Under the pieces are notes generated by a model. It worked only from the letters and a program-made list of their open reading frames with translations, was not told the origin of the DNA and did not search any database. A stretch of 63,365 nt of DNA, filler included, from Intoshia linei (taxonomy: Eukaryota; Animalia; Orthonectida), in the NCBI GenBank assembly GCA_001642005.1. It is 7 parts of 7 records of this genome, joined end to end, with 100 filler letters (N's around TTAATTAATTAA, not from the genome) between each part and the next. Parts side by side here need not be neighbours in the genome. Positions count along the whole stretch, not along the records: positions 35,868 to 55,117 come from LWCA01000748.1; 6 more parts are not named here. One strand, written 5' to 3'. Shown here piece by piece: positions 39,550 through 53,800 of the stretch. The position numbers were made by a program, and so were the translations under genes. The first letter of the stretch is position 1. Each line of letters opens with the position of its first letter.

Positions 39550-40607
39550 TTATTTTAGCAATTTCCCAGCCCGTTTATTCGCTTCGACAATTCTTGTTTG
39601 GTTGGATTCAGCCTAAAACATAATTACAATTAAATAATGTAAATTGAAAACTTTTTGGTTAATTCGGACTAATTGATCTCTTTGGCTATTGACTTCGCTT
39701 CCCATGTCAATAGCCATATTCCGCAAATTACCAATCATCCCACTGACTTCAACTAAATTAGTTTCCATTTCGTCTTCACGTGCGTCATTATTTATCCTAA
39801 ATAAAATTAAAGTAACGTCTGTAGTATTGAAGGTTACCTAGTTATAAATCCTGCAGCATTACCCGTTTTTTGGCCTACGGTAACTCTAGGTCCATTGGGA
39901 TTTACTTTGCCGTCTTTGTTGTCGCCCCAAGCCTCAGTATAAGTTCCACTTTTTTCGAAATTTTTGTTTCTAAACGATTCAACAATTAAATTAAGTATCA
40001 AATTAGCATACTTTTTCCAAGGCAATATACACAAACCACAGCACTTTTCCATGCCTTCAAGATTTTTTTCAGCATCTTTCATATCCTGGTTGATATGATC
40101 CATACCTTCTTCGATACGATCAAACTGTTCTATTTAATTATATTTTGGTTATTTTTAAATACCTCCTTGCTCGTCTAGCATTACAAGAGTTCGAATTCCA
40201 GCATCTTTGCTCTATTAAAATATCACAATGCAGTTAAAAAATTAATTACGTTATCCATCATATTCATCATACGTCGTGTAGATTCGAGAGACTAAAAAAA
40301 TCAAAATGTATTTTCATTCAATTTGTGAGCACCTGACCAGTCAACCTATCATTTTTCAAAAATGTTTTTTTGTTTTGTTTCATCAAAACGAACACACTGG
40401 TGTATTGTACGACAAAACAGTAATTAATAGTGATTATTATCAAATAATCTGCACTTAGTGAATTGAAATGTTACACTGTCAGTTAAATTAACATTAAAAT
40501 GTTACTTCATCACAAGTTTGATTCGTTTGAGCTTGTATATTTTGATCTTCTGTTAGCGGAACGGGTGACTCCTCTTTAGTTTCATCCGGGTTATTTTGGC
40601 TACTCAT
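39550..40607 (-). CDS. SNAP25: Synaptosomal-associated protein 25 (Qbc SNARE)
   Basis: [105 protein letters not shown]. Seven exons with GT-AG introns. Confidence 0.96.
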
Positions 40608-41199
40608 TACTTTTATTTGATAAAATGAACTTATTAAATTTCAATATCAGATATTGCCATATACTTTGCAAAGGTATTCTAGTTGGTACAGATAACGTTT
40701 TAATAGAGTATTTATTAAATGCATAATCAATTTATTTCTAGTTTTTGAATAATTCTCGCTATAGGGATTTTGTTTTAGGTACTATATGTTCCAATTTAAT
40801 TTGTTTTGTTCAGTAATACATTGTAGAAATTACAATATATTACGAAATATTGGATTTTTATTGATAACAACCACAAAATAGTTTAAAAAATGTAATCATA
40901 ATAAACTATGTTAATCAATATCAGTTATCGATTGACATGACATACAGAGTACACCAGGTTGACCTCAATAAAAAGTTGTGGGTTATTTATTAAAACAATA
41001 AGCTACAAATTCAAGAGCATCGAGAGTATTAATATTTTAAAAAATGTTCATCATATTAAATCAATTGATCATATACACTTATTGTGTACTATTTTCTGAA
41101 ATATATAAACAAGTTCAACTTTAATTTGAGTTTATTATCTTTGTAAATTAAATTATGGCTTTTAAATAAAACAATTTTATGTATATTTTTAATAAATTA

Positions 41200-44100
41200 C
41201 AAATGGACAAAAAGTTATTTTTCACTTTCTAAAAAAAAATATATAAATACTTGACGTAGTTACCCTGCGGAAATGGTGAAACCTGAAAAGAATCAAGCAA
41301 TTTTTCATTGAAAGATATTTTCTCATCTATACCCATATTATCGCATCTAAAACGACAAAATTATTTTATTTTAAACAAAGAGGCCGATATAGTTGGTTGA
41401 TGCAATATTAATTAACTTTTTTTAATATTAGAATTTTTTAAAAAAAATATTATTATAAGGTTCAAATATCAAATGACATATTCCTCCTACAATTCAATTT
41501 TAAATAAAAATATATTAAAATAACAGAATGGGCTAATTTTAAATAAGATTTTAATTTAATGATAAATATACCGATCATTAGATTTTAATATAATAGAGAA
41601 TGATTGACTTGTCAAGTCAGGTTCAATTTTATCACAATTTAAATGCAAATCATCCATGTCGTCATTCAAAGTATCAACATTCCCAACTTTATGATTATCC
41701 ATCACATATTGTGCTAAATTGTAACATTAAAATATATACCTTGTATTATCGAGTGTATTTTTATGTATACATTATCATTAGGGCGGCCAAAAGTTAATAA
41801 AGTTACAAAAGCTACATTTTTATTTTAAAAGTTAATAAAGTTACATAGTGAAACAAGTGATTTTAAAGTACATTTTTTTAAAATATAAATATCGTTATAT
41901 CAAAAATTATTTACATTCACTTGCGATTTAACAAGTCATTTTAATTTTATATTATTTATATGACATAGATTGATATAGTATTATTATTAGAATACCAAAA
42001 TTTCTTAAAAGTTGATCTGAAAAAATATCAATTTAAAAAAAAATATATTGCAAAATAGAAATTTACATTTGCCAATTTGAAGTTTATATTTTTGTAGTTA
42101 AAAAATTTTTATAGGTTAATAAAGTTACATAATTTTTTTTCATAAGTTACAATTTTTTTATTTTATAGGTTAAAAAAAACCGCCCTAATTATCATTAAAT
42201 AGAAAAATATATTAAAGAGCGTCTACACCAGAGTTTCCCCGTTTTTTTCATGTCAGTCCCACAAAAAAGACCCCAAATAGACTTTAAATGCTTCCATACT
42301 CTGTTCTGGTCAAACATAAAATTATTATTATTTAATGAATAATGTATTATTTCAGGAATTAATATAATATTATTAAGAAGAAAATACCACTAAATCCAAT
42401 TCAAAAAAAGAAAATCCGTTTTTATCAAACCTGACAAGAAAAAACCTCTTAATGCACCTCTAAAGAAAAAATCCCCTTTTTCCAATATTTTTTTAAAAAA
42501 TACAATTTTACCAAACTAATTTACAAATAAATTTACAAACAAATTTTATTTGTATAATGAGAAAAAACCATTTAATCTAAACTCAAAAGAAAAAATATAA
42601 TTAAGGTTAAACCGAATTTGTAGAAACTTTAAATATTTTAGAAATTGGAAGAAAAAAATTTCTTAATTAAAAATATGATTAATATTTACATAAAAATATT
42701 TTAGGGGTTCATGATAAATAATTTTTCCATTTTGGGGTCTATCACGTTTATTACTTTGAGAAGCACTGTACTAACTCATAATTCATCATGAAATAATTAT
42801 TTGTATTAGCCTAATTATATCAAAAATCTGTAACATTTGAACCTTTTAAATATCAATGTTAAAATATATTCATGGGGTGATTATTTACCCCACGAGAGTA
42901 GTTACGTGTTAATCAAACCCCAACATAAAAAATAAATTTTTTGAAATGGGGGTTCGTACACTGTTTTAATCGGGAATCATCCCTGTTCTAGCATTTATCG
43001 AGATATTAGATGTGAATAAATGGTCACTTTGTGTGTACCTTGTGAGAATATGTATACAAAATTGCATTAAATATATTTATTTACAATATTACAAAATCGT
43101 TAATTTTAATGGATTTTTTGCATTCAATAAAAAGGTTTTGACCTTGAATGACTCAATTTATAAGAATGAAATTTGCGATAAAATTTGACTATCGAAAAAC
43201 GCTATTAGAAATTGGTGTTTTTAAAACTCGACGTTTCAACTAGAACAAACGGACAGCCATATATTTTGAACTAAATTACTTTATATAAGTAAGGACAGTT
43301 TTGGTCTTTAGCGCACCAGGAGCGTTTTCAAAATTTAAGGGCGCAGCAACCAAAATTATTAAAAATGTCAAATGTGTTATTTTTGATATTGCTAACAAAA
43401 AATTTTTCCCCGTATTATCAAATTAATATATATCCAAAAATAGATATTGTTATCAAATTAATCAACATAAAACCAAGAATTAAGGAATTAGCATTCAATC
43501 ACCAGGCGCAAGGATCACATATAAATAATTACAAATTATTTACCTTTTTCCCCATTATTATTGATTTTATAAACATAATAGTTCATTTTATTATAGGGGC
43601 GTTAATTTAGAAATTTATTAATTATGGTGTAATGAAGGGAGCGTTGGTTTAAAAAGGTTGACAACCACAGAAGTGTTAATTATACTTTAATGCCCTGCAT
43701 CAAACTAAAAATTACCCAAAATGGATTCCAAATCAAAGTCCACAGGTAATGTGATATCAGTGTTAATTGCATCTAAAAATAAGATAATTAAAAGAAAATA
43801 GAATAAAAAAATTTGATAATTGAAACATTTATCATAAACATCAATATTAATTGTATATTTTATTATTGTATATTATATGTGTATATTATCTAAAGGATAT
43901 TTTATTCGTTTTGAAAGTGACCACCTCTAATAATAAACCACTACCGAAAAGTAATAATAATAATAAATATTTATATTTTCTCAATGGCAGAGCTAGCCAT
44001 TGTTTGTAAATTCTAGGACTTATTTTTTTAAATAAAGGTAGCACACATTCGATTGCTATCAATTTCCATTTTTTTTGTACCAAATTTAAAAGATAATTTT

Positions 44101-46333
44101 AGGGAATTATTTTTGTATGAAAATTTTAAAGAGGATTTTAATTTAGGACTAATTTTTAATGTTTTATAATGATCCTAGAATTTACAAATAAAAAATTGTC
44201 TGTACACGTTTGGGAACTATTCCTTTAAAATATTGATAATAGTGAATAGTGCCATTTTTATCAAGATTTTATTTTTTTGGTAAAATTAAAATAGTCCGTC
44301 CTCGGCAGAACTAGCCAAGCTAGTCTGTATATATAAGTCAACATATGTGTATTTGTATCCATTTATTAAAAACAATAATTGTCCAATTTATAAAAACTAA
44401 ATTTGATATAATAATATTCGACATTTATCAGCTTAAGAATCAATAAATTGAAGCCTTTGGCAGCCATCAACATGGCTATCTTTGACACACGCAACATCAA
44501 TGTAAAATGATCAGATTTCTGAAATGTATTTTTTTATTTAAACAACATGATTATAATCATTTGTAATTTGTAAAATGTATACATATATGTAATGAATACT
44601 AAAATGCTTTTTTGACCGTGAAGGCGTCACTTATTCAGATTGAAAATTTTTGTGTGTGTTAACGTGGATACAATTGTACCACCTGTAAATTTTTTTAAAT
44701 TATAGGGCTGTTTTCAAAAAAAAAAAAGGAAGGGAATTTGTGATTTTGGCCATGTAGGTATAATTTTTTTAAATTCTCGAACTCGTTTGATTTTCAAAAA
44801 AAAACAATTGGGCTTTTTAAGTCGTAAGATGTGAGTTTGGGAGGTTGAAATTTATTTTGCTAATACCCCAGAAAAAAAATTTAATTGAAATGTGTGTAAT
44901 TGAAACTTTATAAAATTCTAAGGTTGGTAGTTATTGAAATAAACGATAACACACACAGACAAACAAAAGCATACATGTATTATATAAGTAATTATTTTTA
45001 AACTACAAACCGTTTTTCACATTTTTCATAATAATCCGTGGAGAAGGAACAATATTGTCTCTTGAAAAGAACATGCGACATTGAGTTTGATTTTGCTTTG
45101 TTTGATTTTTATCACTCCTACATATTCACAATAAAATTACAATTCAAATGAATCAATATAAAATTTTAAAATTTACAAGCCACATGAATCTTCCTGAAGA
45201 GGCATTTCGGAGAGATCTTTAAGAATATTGGCAGGATACAATTCATGTTGCTCTTCAAAAGTCCATTGCCCTGAATTCTATATAATAATTTATTGTTAAT
45301 AAAAAACCCTATTTCACAATTTTATTATATTATATTTATATTATAAGCACCCAATATTAAATATAATGAGATAAAGTATGTTTTATCATCAAAAGACGGT
45401 GTCGAAATTTCAAAAAAAATATAAATTTATCAACAAGAAAATCTGCATGGGTTGGTTGGAATTAACAATTCCCAAACTCAGACTAACATCATTCACCTAA
45501 ATCAGTGATAATTTATGACATTACACGGTGTTGCAACTCAAATTAATAATCTAACACCTCTATTCCACCAATCTTAGACACCAAAGAGAAAAAAAAGATA
45601 TAAAAACACTCATGTATTCACCTAAAATAATTTAAACGCCGAGATTAGAAAACCCTGTAGTATAAATCATAATATAAATTAATGAAAAACTGAAATACAC
45701 TACATGTACTATAAAAAATAAAACCTTTACAGTTCCAGGAGTGGGCATATCAAATAATCCAGGACTAATTAATGGTTTAGATAACCTTTCCGTCATATTT
45801 TTGCTCCAAGGATTTTTGATAATTTTACTAGTTTCTTTGAAATTTTGGCAGATCGGGGAATAACTCTGCAAAGATTTGATATGTGGAGGTGTAAAGTATA
45901 AATTTGAAAAGTGATTATCGTTTTTTTCTGGTGTATCCGTTAAAACACATTTTTTCTGATAAAGAGCCATAGATTTGTTGGGCGGAGAAGAGTAGCGTGC
46001 AAATGTATACGCTAAAATTAAACTTTGAGAATTGAAAAGTAACAAATATGATTTACCTTCTTCGTGCTTAATACGATCAATTGCCAACATGGGTTTTCTA
46101 GGAGTTTGTGAATTTTGGATGAAAACGTCATGTTTGCGTTTAATTGAAGGTCGGGTATCGTGAAATTCAGGTGGTGTGGCTGAATAGGAATCCTTAAATG
46201 TGCTAACTAAATTTGATTGCTTATTGCGGATTGGAGTTGAATGGGCCAGGTTTACCGGGTTGTTCATTTCATCAGAATTCAAACAATCAAAAACATCAGA
46301 ATCTGACTCGGTGTCAGAATTTACGCTTTTCAT
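41200..46333 (-). CDS. BORA: Protein aurora borealis (Bora)-like, multi-exon
   Basis: NPWSKNMTERLSKPLISPGLFDMPTPG, then QWTFEEQHELYPANI (~45230-45270) and MFFSRDNIVPSP (~45040-45075), matching the Bora N-terminal motif series. S/T-P rich. 3' exons uncertain. Confidence 0.72.
41779..42187. mobile_element. hAT MITE in a Bora intron
   Basis: TIRs TAGGGCGG / CCGCCCTA, perfect 8-bp TSD ATTATCAT, internal AAAGTTAATAAAGTTACA repeats. Confidence 0.85.
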
Positions 46334-46450
46334 GATTTTGATATTCACAAGATTCTTACTTGTTAAAAATCGCGCTGTTTATATTAATATTATCTATAGA
46401 TACGATTAGCAAATATTTATCAGTTAATAAATTTCACTCAATATAGTAAA
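46334..46450. promoter_or_regulatory. Probable bidirectional promoter between Bora and PINCH
   Basis: Divergent ATGs at 46333 (-) and 46451 (+), separated by only 117 nt. Confidence 0.45.
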
Positions 46451-49400
46451 ATGATACAAAAGAAAAAGGCTCCTCTTCCGGCGCCATTGAGAAAGTTGAC
46501 AGGTAAACAACTCATACATATTTTGATTATGTAAATAACAGATATGATTAGTGAAAGAGAATAAGGATGATGACGAATTAGCATTACCTCAGTTTGATAT
46601 GAATATTATCGAAAAATCCAAAGTAAATGGTATAAAGGACAATGCATCTGGTGGTCTGTGAGTTATTATTATATGAGACATTTACCTTTTTAGGTGTAAT
46701 CGCTGTGGCGAACCAATAGAGGATGATGAAATGCGATATGAAGATGAAAGCTACCATATATCCTGCTTTGTGTATGCGCTTTTTTGTTTTTCTATATTTT
46801 TAAAAATAGCTGCGCTGAATGCTTTAAACCTTTTGAAACCAATACTTTTTTTGAAGTAATCAATTAATTATTCATCTGAGTGTTAATATATTCAGATATG
46901 ATTTAATTAATTAATTAGCATTTCGGTAAAAGATATTGTAAAACAGATCATGAATTGCTTTTTTGTCCAAGTTGTGCTCGATGCGGTTTATTTTCTATTC
47001 TCATGAGTTTTATGATAATTTAGGAAAATTTATTTCTGGCCCAGTCTTAAAAGCTTTTGATGTGGAGTGGCATGCTTCTTGTTTTAAATGTGATAATTGT
47101 CGGTCACCTTGGGATGGACAAGTATTTAAAAGATTAAATAATCGGTACATTAAATTTGGGGATGGTGTACCAAATTTTTGGTCGAATATTAACAGCTCCA
47201 AAAATTTAAATTGAAAATTTAAAGTTTTATTATATTTACAGTTTTCGGTCTAGTAGATTCTATTCTAGATAGTTGAGAAACCCGAAATTTAATTTTTATT
47301 TTTAATCCAGTTTTTAGAGTTTTGTGTCCAAATTGCTTTGAAATTGACATTAAAAAGTATAAGGACATTAACATGTGTTCTCAATGCGAGTAATTTTTTT
47401 TAGATATTTTTATAATTTGATTCATTTAGTGACGTTATCGAATATGAAAAATTCAAATTTAAAGGACTTTTCTACCATTCATATCATTTTAGATGCAAAA
47501 CATGTGGGTTTATTTATTATACACATTTTTACAACAATATATGTTTTTAGATGTGAATTGAGCAATTACGCTAGGGAATATGAATCTCAATTATATTGTT
47601 TTAGATGTTACAATAAATTGGGTGTAGCTATTTGTGCAGCTTGCCGGTATTTACCATTTATTGTAGCATTATAGCAACTAAGTTATTTGAATTAATTTTA
47701 GTTTTTTAATTTGTAATTTAATTAGAGATTTATATGAGACTAGGTTGACTGTTATCTACTACGTACAAACAGAACCTAGCTCTGCCGAGGGCACATTTTT
47801 ATTATACCAAAAAAATAAATTCACGTTGAAAATCTAACTTTAAAATCTTACAATTCACTATTATCAATCCTTTAAAGGAATGGTTTCCAAACTTGTTTCA
47901 GGTGGAACCATCATATCACATTACTTTTTACTTTAATGTGGATTATTCCATCTTAATTTAACATGTGCGTAAAGAATTTTAAAAAAAATTTATATCTGAT
48001 TTTTTTAATTTATTATACAGAATGTGTGTATAATATTAAAAATAAAGTAAAAACAGTCCAATCCTAAAAATTGTCATAAATAGCATAAATTCCAAAAAAA
48101 TTGATTTATGATGGATGTATTTTAAATTATTAAATAATTATTCATCTTAAATAACTTGATTTTTTTTAGTGTAAACATCATTGATAAATGATATAATTGG
48201 TGAATTTTAGTAGTGAAGTGAAACTTTGTTATATTTTTTTAATATTATAAGGTCTAATGTATATATAGTAGTCTAATCTAAGTATGTCTAAGTCTAAGTC
48301 TAAGTCTAAGTATGTCTAATAGTATATGAACCAATAATTATGAATATTATATATCATTGAAATCAGCTTTAAATTATCTACAAAATGTCTATTTTAGTGT
48401 AACAAAGTAACAAAATAGTGTAATACAGTGTAAAGCACTTTGTGCGTGTTCTATTTTCTTTTTCCTGGTGGGGAACTAAACATTCTCAGCTAAACGATAT
48501 CGCTCGATATCGGGGATTTTTCTCTTAAGGGTTGGATTAAATTGCTTTTTTCGTGTCAGGTTTGGTAAAAGCAGATTTTTCAAAAAAATATTATAAAGTG
48601 AATTTTTCCCTTAAGGGTTGGTAAATTTGGATTTTCTCTTTTGTAGTTGGATTTAGTAGTGTTTTCTCTTTAATAATATTAAATTAATTCCTGAAATAAG
48701 GCATTACTTTTGCGGTGGACCCCTTTGAGAAGCACATGTGAATTATGCTATTTTTATTAAATGTTTGATTTAGTCGACCTATTGAAAACGCTCGTGTAAT
48801 TCATGCAATGAATCAAGCCTGGCATGAAGAAGTATTTCATATTTTATTTAAATTTGGTTATTTTGTCATTGTACTTTAGAATTTAGTTATAGGAAAATTA
48901 TTTTTTACTTGCGACCCTTTAATGTTTATATTTTAAACAAAAATTATAATACATAGGTAGAAAATATAAAATTAACAATTTCCAAAAAATAGTCCCCAAA
49001 ATGCTTGTCTCGCCCTTAACAACGCATCGTGTTTTAAGTTTGTATAATACAGGTCTCCCTCGATTTATCGATTTATAATAATAGAATATCAACCGCGTTT
49101 ATCGAATTCACGTTAATTGGGGAATTTTGATTTTTTTAATTTATTTTATAATTTTGAAAAATAACTGGGTTTTTCCTTCTCCAAGTTATATTAATTTTAG
49201 AGGCCAGTCTAATAACATTACGTCTTTTTTTCTTTTCATTTCATTTCTCATTCAATTTTTTGTTGAATGTGATTTGAAAATGTAAATTTGACTACTCAAA
49301 AAATTTTAAAATTCGTGTTAATTGAGGAATTAACACACAGAAAATACCGACTTGAGCGTTAAGCGAGGGAGACTTGTACTGTTTTAAGGTTTGAGATAAA

Positions 49401-50679
49401 AATTACATGTCACTACAAATATTGTTACATGAAATATTGAACAAATTGTGAGAATTAAACAAAATTTAAGAATAATTTCTATAATTCATCATTCATTTGT
49501 TTAACTAGCCATTTAAATATGCATGTATTATTATTTTTTAATTTTATATAATTTTTTATAGCATTTCGTTTGCGTTCATTGCGAAGTCCCATTTCTTGGA
49601 TCAAGTATAAAAAAATTTATAAAAATAAATAAATATTTATAGGATATTATGAACAATACAGTAAACCATATTGCAGAGCCCATTATTTTGAGGTAATTAC
49701 ATTTATTTATTAATAATGACATTATATCTCTATACTTAAATTATAATTTAATATTAAATTACAGCACTGCATAATGTATATTACACATTGTGTTGAAGTT
49801 CAAACTTGTAAATGTTTTATGGGTTACAACTTGTGACTCAAATATGTAATTAATGTGGAATATTCCAGATAATACGAATGTTTCAAATTCTGTACCATAA
49901 ATATATTTATAAATTTCCTGAAATTTAACGATGATTAGATTTTAATATATGATAATTTTATGATCCTTCTAGTCAAATTGACAGTTTTTAAATTTATTGA
50001 GAATTAGTTAGATAGCAAGTCCTAATATAATTCCATATAAATTAAAATCAATTCTATATTTTTGAATTTAGACTAATTTAGTAGCATTACTCTTTAATTA
50101 CAATTTAATGTATACTATACTCTGTATAATACACTGATTTAAGTTTTCCATGCTGAACCCAGAGATCCAACAGTAATGCAAAAAAATGACCGGTCACATG
50201 AAAAATGGAGACCCTATGTAAAAATACGTAGCATTATCATGATATTGTTTGGTCGATCGGGTTATTTTATTATAAAACTAAGAAATGGTCACCCCATGAT
50301 GTATGGGTTTGCGGGAAGATTAAGATACAATTATATTTATTAATTATTGTAATCAGCCCAATTTAGTTGTATGGAAAGCAGTGCTTTCATTGCAATACTA
50401 TTATATATGGAGAAGGTTAAAAATTATAATGTTTTCTTAAAAATGTGTAGGAGTCACTATATTAGCCAAAATTTGGTGCCCTGAACATTATATTTGCTTT
50501 ATTTGCGAGAAAAAGATGGAGGACGAGTAAATAATGTTATATTTAACTTTTAATATATAATATTTAGTCGAAAGGTATTTGATTTTGATCATCGACCAAT
50601 CTGCAAGAGATGTGTTGAATGCTTACCTACACACGTACTCAAAAGTTTGAACCAATCTTTTAAAGGGTTCATTAGTTGA
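46451..50679 (+). CDS. LIMS1: PINCH / LIMS five-LIM-domain adaptor
   Basis: CNRCGEPI..YHISCFVCAECFKPF; YCKTDHELLFCPSCARC; FISGPVLKAFDVEWHASCFKC; LYCFRCYNKLGVAICAACRRPIE..WHEEHFVCVHCEVPFLG; FDFDHRPICKRC. Stop at 50677-50679. Confidence 0.9.
49050..49376. mobile_element. Tigger/pogo-like MITE in a PINCH intron
   Basis: TA-CAGGTCTCCCTCG ... CGAGGGAGACTTG-TA. Confidence 0.7.
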
Positions 50680-50851
50680 TATAGCATGCTTGTTTTTATT
50701 ATTAAATTTTTAAATTAACATGTTTGTCGATTATTCATAAATAATTATGTGTATATGGAGATGTATACAGGTGCTCATATAAACCTTTAGTATTATTTGA
50801 TCAGTTAAATGAATTATTGTAAAGTTTTATAACTATAATTCTACAAACAAA

Positions 50852-53800
50852 ATGACAATTCGATCTAAGGCATCAATAGCCCTTAAAAAATCAATGAAAA
50901 TATCAAACATATGTGATAATACTGTTAAAAAAGGTGAAAGTATTATTCTTAGTTCAATCTGCATGCTGGTTGTAAATGTAATATATTTATCTATCAAAAT
51001 ATATGTCCTACTAGAAATCTCAAAAACCTAGACGTATTATTGTCAAAAGAGCGAATAGTCGTCATAATTCAATTTTGTAAGGTATTCAAAATTATATATA
51101 CTCATGAACTTATGCAGAGTTATTTATAAATCTGCAGATAATACCGATAAAAGTTATGATAAAGTAGTGTATAACCTTTGCAATGTGTATACGATAACGA
51201 AAAATACTGAAAATGTTTCCATTGAAATTAAATTTCTAAATTCGACTGAAGTTGTTGTTTTCAAACTACCTACAGGTTGGAGTATACTTTGTTTTTTATA
51301 TTTTTAGCTTTGGAAATTTCTCGATGGTATCTTAGTTTGAATAGAATCGTTAAAGAATCAAGGGGTAATTTCTATTTATATATGATTATAGTTATTTCCG
51401 TAGTATCCGTATATACCGATAATGGCAAATACATGTACATGTAACTTGTGGACCCAATGTTTTGTATTTAATGATTTCTTTGAGTCTTTGGCCCTTTAGT
51501 ATAATGACTAGTGAAATGTTAATTTTTTGAATATAAGTTACGAATAATAAAATTCAAGTACAGGTTCTCTCTAATAATGCAGTGAAAAATTAATTTAACG
51601 CGAATTTTAAAATTTTCTTTTGATGTTCAACAAAAAATTAATTCTATTTAAATACAAGCTAATTCCTAAAAAAAACTCATTCAGTTAACGAGGATTTTTT
51701 TTAGAAAAACATTCTCGTTAACGGAATTTTTTATGAATAATGTATAAATTAAAACAGTGGTTCCCGATTAGGGTCCAAAATTATATGCTCGGAGTCCGTG
51801 AGATTCAAATAACAGAAAAATTTTGATCAATTTTTGTTTATTTTAAAGGAGAATTTTTAATATTTATTTTATAAGTTTCTAGATGTTGATTATCCCATGA
51901 TCTTTTTTATGAATTTATTATTGATATTATGAGCCTTATTTATAAGCTGATTTTATGAAACTTTATGAAAAAAATCCACTTAATCAAACCACAAAATAAA
52001 AAATTTAATTTTACCAACTCTTAAGGGATAAATAACATTTTTCCAACATTTTTTAAAAAACACGATTTTAACAAATGTTATGAAAACCACCTTTTATTCC
52101 AACCACAAATTAAAACTTAAACATTACCAAAGCTTAAGGGAAATATCCTCTTTTTCCAATATTATTTTAAAAAATTTTATTAAATCTTATGATCAACAAC
52201 TTCCTAATCAAAACCCAAAATGAAAAAGTAAATTTTACCAACCCTCAATAAAAAATCTTCATTTTCCAATATTTTTTAAAAAACACGATTTTACTAAATC
52301 CTATGATCAAAAACCTTTAATTTTTTCATTAATGTTTTATATTTCATGTTTCCTTAAAGTCAAAAAAAATAAATATTTTTAAATGGGGGTCTGTATACTA
52401 TTTGAACCGGGAACTACCGCATTAAAACAATGAAAAAATTAAAATATTTTGATTTTCATTACACTTAACTTATATTTGCAGGTCATTTAATTTCATATAA
52501 TTAATAATCAACCATTATTATCATCATTAATGAAGAAGAAAATAAAATTTTTTACGAATCTAAAGCACATAATTTGAACCAAAAAAGCTTTAGTGTAATT
52601 ATGATGCTAGTCATTTTAAGTTAAATTTTAACGGAATTTTTGTACTTTAGAAAAGTTCAGTCCGTTAATCAGGATTTTTTCCCGTTAACGATGAATTTTG
52701 TTAAATAGGAATTAGCCTGTATAACAAATAACTTTACATACTTATAATTTTAAGAAAATATCTATTTTCAAAATAAATATGCAAATTAATGAAAACAAAA
52801 TGTTAAGAATAAGGTTATTAGTCTTGCCGTCAAAATTTAAATCGATTTACGAGTTAATTTGACGCGAATTCGATAATGTGGTTAAAATTCTGGCATTATG
52901 AATCGCGTTAATCTAGAGACCTGTACATTTATGTATAATTATACATTTATTTCTTCTGAAAATTATGTAAATATCAGTGTTACCTGGTCCACAGGTTTCC
53001 AATCCATCATTTAATTAAGTGATAATAAAATTTGAATTAAAATTAATTTTAGAAATGCTTTATGCATACCTCAAAAAGAATAATTTTATTTCCTCATACG
53101 GGGAATGCATATTTAGTTTACAGAACAATAAAATTTTATTATTAGATTCTAACGATGACGTTGAAAAGGTACATTATCATGATAGTTAATATTCTTATCG
53201 TACATGTCTAATGATTATAATTATTAAATATTATTTATTATAGTTATTATTAATGTATCATATATAATTATTTTAATTCGGTAGGATGGAAAATCCGCGT
53301 TCACATGTAGAGTATGGGTTTGTGATGAAAAAAATATAATTAAATGTTAAAAAAAGGTTAAGTGTCCATTTGTCCAAATTTGTTGCGGTCCACTAAAATG
53401 AAATTACAAGACAAAATTAAAAACAGTACGATAATACACATTTGATAGTTGTAATTTTCATTTCAAATATTTTCTATAACATTTTCCACGTAACGGCATT
53501 TGGTAAGCGCTGCTTTAGTATGTTTAAATATGGATTTTTATTTATCATTTTTCCTCTTCTGTAATCTATGTTTTAGTAACGATACATTGAAGCCTCAATT
53601 AAAAGATAAACCTAATTTAATATTTTAGATTATTAATTCATGGAAAATTGACCATATAATTTACCTGGCTATATTCCATAATTCTATAATGTTTCAAAAC
53701 AAGCGGTAATCTTTGTAAATTTTTCAATTAAATTTATTTAATGTTCATTTAAATTTTAAATTTTAAGGTGATGCTAATATCCCATTAAATTTTATCACAC

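Noticed and set aside
48270-48320. (TCTAAG)n short tandem repeat
   Set aside because: Ordinary intronic microsatellite; too short to call telomeric or functional.
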